Of a DNA stretch of 38,142 bases, positions 24,914-32,533 are shown piece after piece (the stretch's first letter is position 1; each line of letters opens with the position of its first letter). A model generated the notes under the pieces. The model did no database searches. It saw nothing but the letters and a program-made list of their open reading frames with translations, and had not been told where the DNA came from. The position numbers were made by a program, and so were the translations under genes. The DNA comes from Dehalococcoidia bacterium (GTDB lineage Bacteria; Chloroflexota; Dehalococcoidia; DSTF01; WHTK01): contig DATBWN010000063.1 in NCBI GenBank assembly GCA_036514755.1, positions 1 through 38,142 on the forward strand. The letters are read 5' to 3'.

Positions 24914-25000
24914 TCAGTTTGAGGACCGTTCGTCCTGAGCTTGTCGAAGGACGATGCGCTCGACGAGGAAACGTGGTTCGACAGGCTCACCACGAACGTG
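24914..25000. repeat. GC-rich imperfect palindromic interspersed repeat (translates as ...VRPELVEGR...RQAHHERV...)
   Basis: CGTTCGTCCTGAGC / GCTCACCACGAACG and TTGTCGAAGG / GGTTCGACAGG are imperfect inverted arms. Intergenic, upstream of the ABC operon. Confidence 0.5.
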
Positions 25001-25054
25001 TGTCTGGCACCAGCCGTCTAGAGTGACGCACTACCTCCGCGGGGCGTCGCCGCC

Positions 25055-25945
25055 CTAGTCCCAGCCGGAGCGCGTGCCGTAGGGAAAGACGTTTAGCACC
25101 GCCTCGATGTGGTGGAAGCGACGGCTCTTTATCTTGAAGATCTCCGCCACCATCATGCTGTTCGGCTCGCGGTAGCGGGAGGTGAAGGCGGCGGCCGTCA
25201 CCGGGCCGGGGTGGTCCCAGAAGAAAACGGCGAAGATGAGCCCCTTCTCCTCGTCGACGACGGGGAAGCGCCGCTCCCGCGCCGCCTCGATGTCGCGGAA
25301 GATGCCGGTGTTCACCTGGTCGACGACGCCCAGCTTCATCGTCTCGCTCTGGCCTTCCGTGTTGAGCACCGTCTGGACGCCGTTCTCGATGCGGATGCAG
25401 CCCGGCAGCGCCGGGATTATGTCGCCCTTGCCGGAGACCACGCCGTCGAAGTAGAGGTGGGCGAGGCGCACCATCTCGGCGCGGGGCGCGCGCTCGGCCG
25501 GCGCCAGCGTCTCCTGGAAGGCGGCGCGCGGCTGCAGGAGCGCGTCCGGGTTGAAGACGCGGAAGCGGCCGTCCGTCGGCTGGCGCGCTACCAGCGTCTC
25601 GACCTCGCTGATGACCGCTCGCCCTGAGCCTGCCTGCCCTGAGCCCGGTCGAAGGGTCGAAGGGTCCACCCTCAGGCGCAGCGAGAGGATCGCCGGCCGG
25701 TCCTCCTCCCGCACGACGGCGAAGCAGGCGATCTGGCCGGACGCGGGCTCGACGACGTCGACGAAGTGCGGTCGCGCCACCTCGAAGGGCGTCGCCGTGG
25801 CCCAGAGGCCCTTGCCCAAGGGCAGCGCCTGGCAGTTCTCCGTGAACCGGACGTTCGGCGACAGGGGCAGTCGCGACGGGTCGTTCCGGCCCAGGGCCTC
25901 CAGGTAGCGGTCGACGGCGCCGATCAGCTCCTCGCGCGTGCTCAT
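25055..25945 (-). CDS. Hypothetical protein (296 aa) carrying an in-frame repeat-derived 16-aa insert
   Basis: Protein-like composition (MSTREELIGAVDRYLEALGRNDPSRLPLSPNVRFTENC...). The PSTLRPGSGQAGSGRA segment is encoded by the repeat at 25616..25664. Confidence 0.65.
   Translation of the reverse strand: MSTREELIGAVDRYLEALGRNDPSRLPLSPNVRFTENCQALPLGKGLWATATPFEVARPHFVDVVEPASGQIACFAVVREEDRPAILSLRLRVDPSTLRPGSGQAGSGRAVISEVETLVARQPTDGRFRVFNPDALLQPRAAFQETLAPAERAPRAEMVRLAHLYFDGVVSGKGDIIPALPGCIRIENGVQTVLNTEGQSETMKLGVVDQVNTGIFRDIEAARERRFPVVDEEKGLIFAVFFWDHPGPVTAAAFTSRYREPNSMMVAEIFKIKSRRFHHIEAVLNVFPYGTRSGWD
25616..25664 (-). repeat. 49-bp GC-rich repeat unit inside a CDS (inverted copy of 30277..30325)
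   Basis: The reverse complement CCCTTCGACCCTTCGACCGGGCTCAGGGCAGGCAGGCTCAGGGCGAGCG matches 30277..30325 with one mismatch. Confidence 0.85.
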
Positions 25946-26082
25946 GGCTGCTCCTCCTCGCGGGGATGTTAGCGGTGGGCAGGCGGGCCGGCAACCGCGC
26001 CGCCGCGCCGGGCCCTATGCATAAGGGCTGCGCGAGTGCCAATATAGACTCGTCCACGCTTTTCGAGTGACGGGGGAATAGC

Positions 26083-27000
26083 ATGCCTGACCTGCCGAAG
26101 AGGACGCTGGGCCGCACCGGCCGGGAGGTGACGGCCCTCGGCTTCGGGGCGATGGAGCTGCGCGGCGCGCCCCGCGGCCCCGAGGTCTCCGAGGAAGAGG
26201 CCGACAAGCTCCTCAACGCCGTTCTCGACGCCGGCATCAGCTTCATCGACACGTCCATCGACTACGGCCAGAGCGAGGAGCGCATCGGCAAGTTCATCTC
26301 GCACAGGCGCACCGAGTACTTCCTCGCCTCGAAGTGCGGCTGCGTGCCGGACGCGCCCATGGGCTCCGATCACGTGCACACGGCGGAGAACATCCGCGCC
26401 GGCGTCGAGAACAGCCTGCGGCGCCTGCGCACGGACCACCTGGACCTGGTGCAGTTCCACCGCAGCCTGACGCAGAAGGAGTTCGAGGCGGACGGCGGCC
26501 TGCAGGAGCTGCTGAAGCTGCGCGAGGAGGGCAAGGTGCGCTTCCTCGGCGTCTCGGGGACGCTGCCCAACCTCGACGAGCAGATCGCCATGGGCGTCTT
26601 CGACGCCTTCCAGATACCGTACTCGGCGCTGCAGCGCGAGCACGAGGGCGTCATCGCCAGGGCGGCGGCGGCGGGCGCCGGCATCATCATCCGCGGCGGC
26701 GCCGCCCGCGGCGCCCCGACCGACTGGGAGGGCAAGCTCTACTACATGGTCTCGCCGGACGAGATGCGCCGCCGCTGGGAGCTGGCGCGCCTGGATGACC
26801 TGCTGGGCGACATGAGCCGCATGGAGTTCACGCTGCGCTTCACGCTCTCGAATCCGGACCTGGACACGACCATCGTCGGCACGAAGGACCCGGGCCACCT
26901 GCGCGACAACGTCGCGGCGGCGCTGAAGGGCGCCCTGCCGGACGAACTCTACCAGGAGGCGAAGCGCCGCCTGGCGGAAGCGGGCTCGCGGCCGGCCTGA
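26083..27000 (+). CDS. Aldo/keto reductase
   Basis: LPKRTLGRTGREVTALGFGAMELRG, IDTSIDYGQSEE, LDLVQFH and VRFLGVS motifs. Confidence 0.85.
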   Translation: MPDLPKRTLGRTGREVTALGFGAMELRGAPRGPEVSEEEADKLLNAVLDAGISFIDTSIDYGQSEERIGKFISHRRTEYFLASKCGCVPDAPMGSDHVHTAENIRAGVENSLRRLRTDHLDLVQFHRSLTQKEFEADGGLQELLKLREEGKVRFLGVSGTLPNLDEQIAMGVFDAFQIPYSALQREHEGVIARAAAAGAGIIIRGGAARGAPTDWEGKLYYMVSPDEMRRRWELARLDDLLGDMSRMEFTLRFTLSNPDLDTTIVGTKDPGHLRDNVAAALKGALPDELYQEAKRRLAEAGSRPA

Positions 27001-27046
27001 TCTGGGAACGACGCCCCTTCGGGGACGCTTTGGGGGATGAGACGCC

Positions 27047-28501
27047 ATGGCAGCACGCAGACAGACGCCGGATGAGGTGAAGGGCGGCGGCTACTCGATG
27101 ACCGTGCGGGTCGAGTACACGGACTCGCCGGGCATGCTGGGCCGGGTAGCGTCGGCCATCGGCGGGGCCGGCGGCGACATCGGCGCCGTCGACCTGGTGG
27201 AGATCGGCCGAGACCGGATCACGCGCGACATCACCATCGGCGCGCGCGACCCGGATCACGCGCAGGCGATCATCGAGGCGCTGCGCCAGGCGGTGCCCGG
27301 CCTCGCCGTGCGCAGCGCCTCGGACCAGGTGTTCATCGCCCACGTCGGCGGCAAGATCGAGATCCGCAACAAGGTGCCGGTGACGACGCGCCAGGACCTC
27401 TCCACCGTCTACACGCCGGGCGTGGCGCGCGTCTGCCTGGCCATCGCCGCGGACCCGGAGGCCGTCTGGAACCTGACGACGAAGCGCAACACGGTGGCCG
27501 TGGTCACGGACGGCACGGCCGTCCTCGGCCTGGGCGACATCGGCCCGAAGGCGGCCCTGCCGGTGATGGAGGGCAAGGCGATGCTCTTCAAGGAGTTCGC
27601 CGGCGTCGACGCCTGGCCCATCTGTCTGGACACCAAGGACCCGGACGAGATCGTGCGCATCGTAAAGGCGCTGGCGCCGGGCTTCGGCGGCGTCAACCTG
27701 GAGGACATCTCCGCGCCGCGCTGCTTCGAGATCGAGCAGCGCCTGCGCGAGGAGGTGGACATCCCCGTCTTCCACGACGACCAGCACGGCACGGCTGTCG
27801 TCGTGCTGGCGGGGCTGCTCAACGCGCTGAGGATCGTCGGCAAGGAGATGAACGACCTGCGCGTCGCCATCGTCGGCGCGGGGGCGGCGGGCAACGCCTG
27901 CGCCAAGATGCTCCTCGCCGCCGGCTGCACGAGCATCGCCGTCTGCGACCGCCGCGGCATCCTCTACCCTGGGCGCGAGGGCATGGACCCCTTCAAGGCG
28001 GAGCTGGCGCGCCTGACGAACCCGGAGGGCGGCCCCGGCAGCCTGCACGACGCCATCGCCGGCGCCGACGTGTTCATCGGCGTCTCCGGCCCGGACATCG
28101 TCAGCGAGGACGACGTCCGCGAGATGCGCCCCGACCCCATCATCTTCGCGCTCTCGAACCCGAACCCGGAGATCAGGCAGGAGCTGGCCGTGAAGCACGC
28201 GCGCGTCGTCGCCACCGGCCGCTCCGACTACCCGAACCAGGTGAACAACGCCCTCTGCTTCCCCGGCCTCTTCCGCGGCGTCCTGGACGTGCGCGCCCGC
28301 ACGATCAACGAGGAGATGAAGCTGGCGGCGGCCAAGGCCATCGCCGCGACGGTAGGCAAGAACGAGCTGTCGGAGGAGTACATCATCCCGAGCATCTTCA
28401 ACCGCAACGTCGCGCGCAACGTGGCGCGGGAGGTGGCGCGCGCCGCCCAGCGCAGCGGCGTCGCCCGCCGCGTGAGCAGAAGCCGGGCGGCGTTCGCGTA
28501 G
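27047..28501 (+). CDS. NAD(P)-dependent malic enzyme with N-terminal ACT-like domain
   Basis: ACT-like MTVRVEYTDSPGMLGRVASAIGGAGGDIGAVDLV, then VYTPGVARVC, AVVTDGTAVLGLGDIGPKAALPVMEGKAMLFKEFAGVDA and VGAGAAGNA. Confidence 0.88.
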   Translation: MAARRQTPDEVKGGGYSMTVRVEYTDSPGMLGRVASAIGGAGGDIGAVDLVEIGRDRITRDITIGARDPDHAQAIIEALRQAVPGLAVRSASDQVFIAHVGGKIEIRNKVPVTTRQDLSTVYTPGVARVCLAIAADPEAVWNLTTKRNTVAVVTDGTAVLGLGDIGPKAALPVMEGKAMLFKEFAGVDAWPICLDTKDPDEIVRIVKALAPGFGGVNLEDISAPRCFEIEQRLREEVDIPVFHDDQHGTAVVVLAGLLNALRIVGKEMNDLRVAIVGAGAAGNACAKMLLAAGCTSIAVCDRRGILYPGREGMDPFKAELARLTNPEGGPGSLHDAIAGADVFIGVSGPDIVSEDDVREMRPDPIIFALSNPNPEIRQELAVKHARVVATGRSDYPNQVNNALCFPGLFRGVLDVRARTINEEMKLAAAKAIAATVGKNELSEEYIIPSIFNRNVARNVAREVARAAQRSGVARRVSRSRAAFA

Positions 28502-28577
28502 GCGTTCAGACGGGCCCTGCGGGATGAATCCCGCAGCTAGCCGATGAGTGGACACGAGGACGAACCGAGGATGAACT

Positions 28578-28603
28578 GAAGGCCGGACTTAAGTCTGGCC
28601 TTC
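28578..28603. terminator. Hairpin GAAGGCCGGACTTAAGTCTGGCCTTC between convergent genes (copy of 26..51)
   Basis: 25/26 identity to the palindrome at 26..51. It sits between the malic-enzyme stop (28501) and the VapC stop (28603). Confidence 0.45.
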
Positions 28604-29007
28604 TACCACCTGGCCTGGCGCACTTCGAGGCCGGGAATCCGTTCAAACTCGCGGACGTCGTGGGTGACCAGGGTGTACTGATGAGCCAGCGCTGTCGCCG
28701 CGATCATGAAGTCGTGGGCGCCAATGCGCTGACCCGAGGCGACGAGCTCTGCCCACAGGCGCGCGTGCACCTGGGCCACCGGCAGGTCGAATGGCAGGAC
28801 GGGAAGCACAGCCAAGGCGGCATCTATGAACGTCTGCCTCTGCGTTCGCTGGCGGTCGGTCCGCGCTCGGTAGAGGCCGAAGAGAAGCTCCGAGACCGTC
28901 AGCGCTGATACGGCGCACGGCTCGGCGTCATTCTCATTCAAGGCGCCGGGGGACAGGCCCCTGCGCTCGAGGTCGATCAAGACGGAGGAGTCAATCAGGA
29001 GTCCCAC
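28603..29007 (-). CDS. vapC: PIN-domain toxin VapC
   Basis: VGLLIDSSVLIDLERRG..., SELLFG, AHDFMIAATA and LVTHDVREF give the PIN acidic residues. The ORF track extends to 29100, but that extension overlaps the antitoxin; GTG 29007 is preferred. Confidence 0.8.
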   Translation of the reverse strand: MGLLIDSSVLIDLERRGLSPGALNENDAEPCAVSALTVSELLFGLYRARTDRQRTQRQTFIDAALAVLPVLPFDLPVAQVHARLWAELVASGQRIGAHDFMIAATALAHQYTLVTHDVREFERIPGLEVRQARW

Positions 29008-29273
29008 GATGGCGGCTCTGGCATGGGCCGATTCATCAGCCGGTGCGCTTCTTCCACGTCCTTCCAGAAGTCCGGGTCGGGCTTCGGGAGAGTCGGCCAA
29101 AGCTCAAGAAGCTCAGCCGCGGTTAGCTGCTTCGTGGCGCCGGTGGATGGCCCGATCACCGCAATGATCTCCCCGTTGCGCTCGACTCGGAAGCGCTCAC
29201 CCCGATAACGGACGCGGTTCAGAATGTCGGAGAGCCGCCGCGCCAGCTCGGTGGCAGTGATTCTCGTCTCCAT
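28995..29273 (-). CDS. Phd/YefM-type antitoxin
   Basis: 92 aa. METRITATELARRLSDILNRVRYRGERFRVERNGEIIAVIGP. Lies immediately upstream of, and overlapping, vapC. Confidence 0.75.
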   Translation of the reverse strand: METRITATELARRLSDILNRVRYRGERFRVERNGEIIAVIGPSTGATKQLTAAELLELWPTLPKPDPDFWKDVEEAHRLMNRPMPEPPSWDS

Positions 29274-29326
29274 GGAGCCATGATAATCAGATTATCTGAT
29301 GAAGGGAAGGCCGCTACAATTGTCTC

Positions 29327-30415
29327 GTGACTCTCAACAAGCTGCGAGGACGCCTTCTTCTCTCCCTGGTTCTCGGCGCCGTCGTCTTCGTCGGCCTCAG
29401 CGCCTACGCCGATTTCAGCGACGTGGCGGACGGCTTCGGCCGCTTCCGGTGGCAGTTCCTGCCGCTGGTCCTCGGCCTGACGTTCCTCAACTACGTGCTG
29501 CGCTTCCTGAAGTGGCAGTTCTACCTGCGCACGATCGGCGTCGAAGGCTTCGCCCGCGGCGATAGCGCCCTCGTCTACTTCTCCGGGCTGGGCATGGTGG
29601 TGACGCCGGGCAAAGTGGGCGAGTGGCTGAAGTGCTACCTCCTGCGCGAGCTGCACGGCACGCCCTTCAGCCGCTCGGCGCCGATCATCATCGCGGAGCG
29701 GCTCACGGACAGCCTCGCCATCGTGCTACTGGGCGCCGCCGGCCTCATCGTCTTCGGCGACGCCTGGCCGGCCTTCGTCATCGTCGTCGTCGGCGCGGCG
29801 CTGGCGGTCGTCGTCGCGCGTCACCAGCCGCTGGCCTACTGGATCCTGCACCGGCTGGAGCGGCTGCCGCTGGTCTCGCGCTTTGCCCACCACGCGGAGG
29901 AGTTCTACGCCAGCAGCTACGCCCTGCTCTCGCCCTTCGCGCTGGGCTCGATGACGGTGCTGAGCTTCGTCTCCTGGGGCTTCGAGGTACTGGCCTTCTA
30001 CTTTGTGCTGGTCGGGCTGGGCGTGGAGGGCGGCGGCGACCTGCTGCTGAAGGCCTCGTTCATCATGCCGGCGGCGACGCTGGCCAGCGCCCTGCTGCTG
30101 ACGCCGGGCGGCCTGGGCGTGGCGGAGGGCGGCATCACCGGCCTCTCCCAGGTCTTGCTCGACCTGCCGAAAGGCGAGGCGGTGGTGGGCGCGCTGGTGA
30201 TCCGCTTCGGGACGCTGTGGTTCGGCGTCATCGTCGGCGTCGTCGCCCTGGCCTTCGTGACGCGAAGGCTGGCCGGCCCTTCGACCCTTCGACCGGGCTC
30301 AGGGCAGGCGGGCTCAGGGCGAGCGGGAGAAGGAGCCGCTCATGGTGAGCTAGCCTGCCCTGAGGGAAGCCGAAGGGAACCACTCGCCTCGACGCGGGAG
30401 ACGACGGGGCCATGA
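29327..30415 (+). CDS. UPF0104 / lysyl-PG-synthase-TM-like (flippase-like) membrane protein; C-terminal tail encoded by a repeat element
   Basis: The polytopic pattern FLPLVLGLTFLNYVLRFLKWQFYLR...GKVGEW is typical of the family. The last ~45 aa (PSTLRPGSGQAGSGRAGEG...) are read through the repeat at 30277..30377. Confidence 0.65.
   Translation: MTLNKLRGRLLLSLVLGAVVFVGLSAYADFSDVADGFGRFRWQFLPLVLGLTFLNYVLRFLKWQFYLRTIGVEGFARGDSALVYFSGLGMVVTPGKVGEWLKCYLLRELHGTPFSRSAPIIIAERLTDSLAIVLLGAAGLIVFGDAWPAFVIVVVGAALAVVVARHQPLAYWILHRLERLPLVSRFAHHAEEFYASSYALLSPFALGSMTVLSFVSWGFEVLAFYFVLVGLGVEGGGDLLLKASFIMPAATLASALLLTPGGLGVAEGGITGLSQVLLDLPKGEAVVGALVIRFGTLWFGVIVGVVALAFVTRRLAGPSTLRPGSGQAGSGRAGEGAAHGELACPEGSRREPLASTRETTGP
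30277..30377. repeat. ~100-bp GC-rich dyad-symmetric repeat element
   Basis: CTCAGGGCAGGC (30298..30309) pairs perfectly with GCCTGCCCTGAG (30353..30364). CCCTTCG (30277..30283) pairs with CGAAGGG (30371..30377). The left half is duplicated at 25616..25664. Confidence 0.8.
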
Positions 30416-31386
30416 CCGCCGTGCTGCGACGCCTGTTCCCCGCCGACCTCGCCGGCCGGGCGGCGACGCTCTCCCTCGTCGCCAACCTCGGCCTCATGGT
30501 GCTGAAGCTGAGCGTCGGCGTCATCACGGGCAGCGTCGCCGTGCTCTCGGACGGCGTCGACAGCGCCCAGGACGCGCTGGCGGCGGCCATCGCGCTGGTG
30601 AGCGTGCGCTTCGGCTCGCGGCCGCCGGACCTCTCCCATCCCTACGGCCACGGCCGCGCCGAGACGGTCGCGGCGACGCTGCAGGCGCTGTTCATCGCCG
30701 TCGGCGGCGCCTTCATCATCTTCCGCGCCGTCGACCGCCTCATCGACCCGCCGGCGTCCATCGGCACGAGCCTCGGCCTCGTCGCGATGGCGATCACGGC
30801 GGGCGTGAACCTCGTCGTCGGCCGCTACGCGACGCGCGTGGCGCGCATCACGGGCTCGCCGGCCATCGCCTCCGACGCGCGCCACCTGTGGACGAACGTC
30901 GTCCAGGCCGCGGCCGTGCTCCTCGGCCTGGCGCTCGTCGCGCTCACGGGCGAGCTCGCCTTCGACGCCATCGCCGCCCTCGCCCTCGGCGTCTACCTGG
31001 GCTGGACGGCGACGGCGATCCTCCTCGCGGCGGTGGGTGATGTGCTGGACAAGAGCCTGTCGGAGGAGGAGGTCCACTTCGTCGAGGAGGCGATCCTCGC
31101 GGAGCGGGGCGAGATCGCCGGCTACCACCGCCTGCGCACGCGGCGCTCCGGCCAGCGCCGCAACGTCGACTTCCACCTCATCCTGCCGCCGGCCCTCACC
31201 GTCGCCGAGGCGCACGTCATCACCGACCGCATCGAGGGCCGGATCCAGTCGCGCTGGCCGGGGAGCGCGGTCACGATCCACATCGAGCCGTCGGACGGCC
31301 GCTTCCGCGGGCCCATGGATGTGCGCGCTCCCTCGCGGGGCCGTGAAGGCGAGGAGGCGGAGGGGCCGCTCAGGCGTCGGCTATAA
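30412..31386 (+). CDS. Cation diffusion facilitator (CDF) family metal efflux transporter
   Basis: LSDGVDSAQD and HPYGHGRAE motifs. Six TM segments plus a C-terminal cytoplasmic domain (VDFHLILP). ATGA overlap with the upstream gene. Confidence 0.85.
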   Translation: MTAVLRRLFPADLAGRAATLSLVANLGLMVLKLSVGVITGSVAVLSDGVDSAQDALAAAIALVSVRFGSRPPDLSHPYGHGRAETVAATLQALFIAVGGAFIIFRAVDRLIDPPASIGTSLGLVAMAITAGVNLVVGRYATRVARITGSPAIASDARHLWTNVVQAAAVLLGLALVALTGELAFDAIAALALGVYLGWTATAILLAAVGDVLDKSLSEEEVHFVEEAILAERGEIAGYHRLRTRRSGQRRNVDFHLILPPALTVAEAHVITDRIEGRIQSRWPGSAVTIHIEPSDGRFRGPMDVRAPSRGREGEEAEGPLRRRL

Positions 31387-31387
31387 T
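31382..31387 (+). promoter_or_regulatory. Candidate -10 box TATAAT upstream of proB
   Basis: GCTATAATCCG lies 28 nt upstream of the proB ATG. The same 11-mer recurs at 38125..38135. Confidence 0.3.
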
Positions 31388-31414
31388 CCGACTCGAAGGC
31401 GCAAACCCCATCAG

Positions 31415-32527
31415 ATGAAGCGACGTTACAAGCGCATTGTCGCCAAGTTCGGCACCAACCTGCTGACGGCCGGCGAGCAGCTGGACCTGGCGCAGATGAA
31501 GGCGCTCGTCGACCAGGTGGCGGCGCTGCGCCGCGATGGCGTCGAGGCGATCGTCGTCACGTCCGGCGCCGTGGCGGCGGGCCGCTCGCGCCTGGGCGTC
31601 ACGCGTTCGCGGCGGGACATTCCCTTCCGACAGGTGCTGGCCGCCGTCGGCCAGGGTCAGCTGATGCAGGCCTACGACCGCCTGTTCGGCGAGCACGGCA
31701 TCGCTGTGGCGCAGACGCTGCTCACTCGCCGCGACCTGTCCGACCGCCTGAGCTACCTGAACGCGCGCAACACGCTGCTCGCCCTGCTGCAGTACGGCGT
31801 CGTGCCCATCGTCAACGAGAACGACGCCGTCGCCGTCGAAGAGCTGGCGGAGAGCCGCATCGGCGAGAACGATACGCTGGCGGCGCTGACCGCCAACCTG
31901 GTCGACGCCGACCTGCTCGTCCTCCTGATGACGCGCGAGGGCCTCTACACGGCGGATCCGCAGCAGGACCCTTCGGCGACGCTGGTGCGACGCGTGGAGA
32001 GGATCGACGCGACGATCGAGGCCTACGCGGGCGGCAGTGAGGCGCAAGGCACGGGCGGCATGGTGACGAAGCTGCAGGCGGCTCGCCTGGCGACCGCGGG
32101 GGGGACGGAGGTGGTCTTCGCCGGCGGCCGCGAGCCGGACGTGCTCCTGCGCCTGGCGCGCGGCGAGGCGGTGGGCACCTTCTTCCCGGCCACGGCGGAC
32201 CGGCTGGAGAGCCGCAAGCGCTGGATCCTCTCCGGCCTCGCCATCCGCGGCAGCATCGTCATCGACGAGGGGGCGGCGCGCGCCCTGCGCGAGCGCAAGA
32301 CGAGCCTGCTGCCGGCGGGCGTCAAGGACGTCTGCGGCAGCTTCGAGCGGGGGGAGACGGTGGAGATCGCGACGGCCGGCGAGGAGCGCGTCGGCTGCGG
32401 CATCACGAACTACGGCTCGGAGGAGATGCTGGCCATCCGCGGCGCGAAGTCGTCGCAGATCGCGTCGATCCTCGGCTACGACTATGGAGCGGAGGCCGTC
32501 CACCGCGATAACCTGGTCCTGGTGTAG
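31415..32527 (+). CDS. proB: Glutamate 5-kinase (with PUA domain)
   Basis: MKRRYKRIVAKFGTNLLT, IVVTSGAVAAGR and VPIVNENDAV. C-terminal PUA-like GSIVIDEGAARAL..LLPAGV. The ORF-track extension to 31037 overlaps the CDF gene and was rejected. Confidence 0.9.
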   Translation: MKRRYKRIVAKFGTNLLTAGEQLDLAQMKALVDQVAALRRDGVEAIVVTSGAVAAGRSRLGVTRSRRDIPFRQVLAAVGQGQLMQAYDRLFGEHGIAVAQTLLTRRDLSDRLSYLNARNTLLALLQYGVVPIVNENDAVAVEELAESRIGENDTLAALTANLVDADLLVLLMTREGLYTADPQQDPSATLVRRVERIDATIEAYAGGSEAQGTGGMVTKLQAARLATAGGTEVVFAGGREPDVLLRLARGEAVGTFFPATADRLESRKRWILSGLAIRGSIVIDEGAARALRERKTSLLPAGVKDVCGSFERGETVEIATAGEERVGCGITNYGSEEMLAIRGAKSSQIASILGYDYGAEAVHRDNLVLV

Positions 32528-32533
32528 GTCGAG

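Noticed and set aside
23119-25026. 635-aa plus-strand ORF
   Set aside because: It is antisense to the ABC exporter gene 22996..24756 and runs through an intergenic repeat, with shadow-ORF composition. The same reasoning applies to 21735..23021(-), 20870..21538(+) and 16660..17607(+).
26840-28555. 571-aa minus-strand ORF, and similar ORFs at 25969..27048(-) and 24987..26258(-)
   Set aside because: They are antisense to, or out of frame with, the malic enzyme, aldo/keto reductase and hypothetical genes, which have strong motif support. Composition is Arg/Ala/Gly-dominated.
29008-29100. N-terminal extension of the VapC ORF
   Set aside because: It overlaps the antitoxin coding region in another frame. 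PIN-domain similarity begins at VGLLIDSS (GTG 29007).
31037-31414. 126-codon N-terminal extension of the proB ORF
   Set aside because: It overlaps the 3' part of the CDF gene and is Arg/Ser-rich. The canonical ProB N-terminus starts at ATG 31415, downstream of a TATAAT box.
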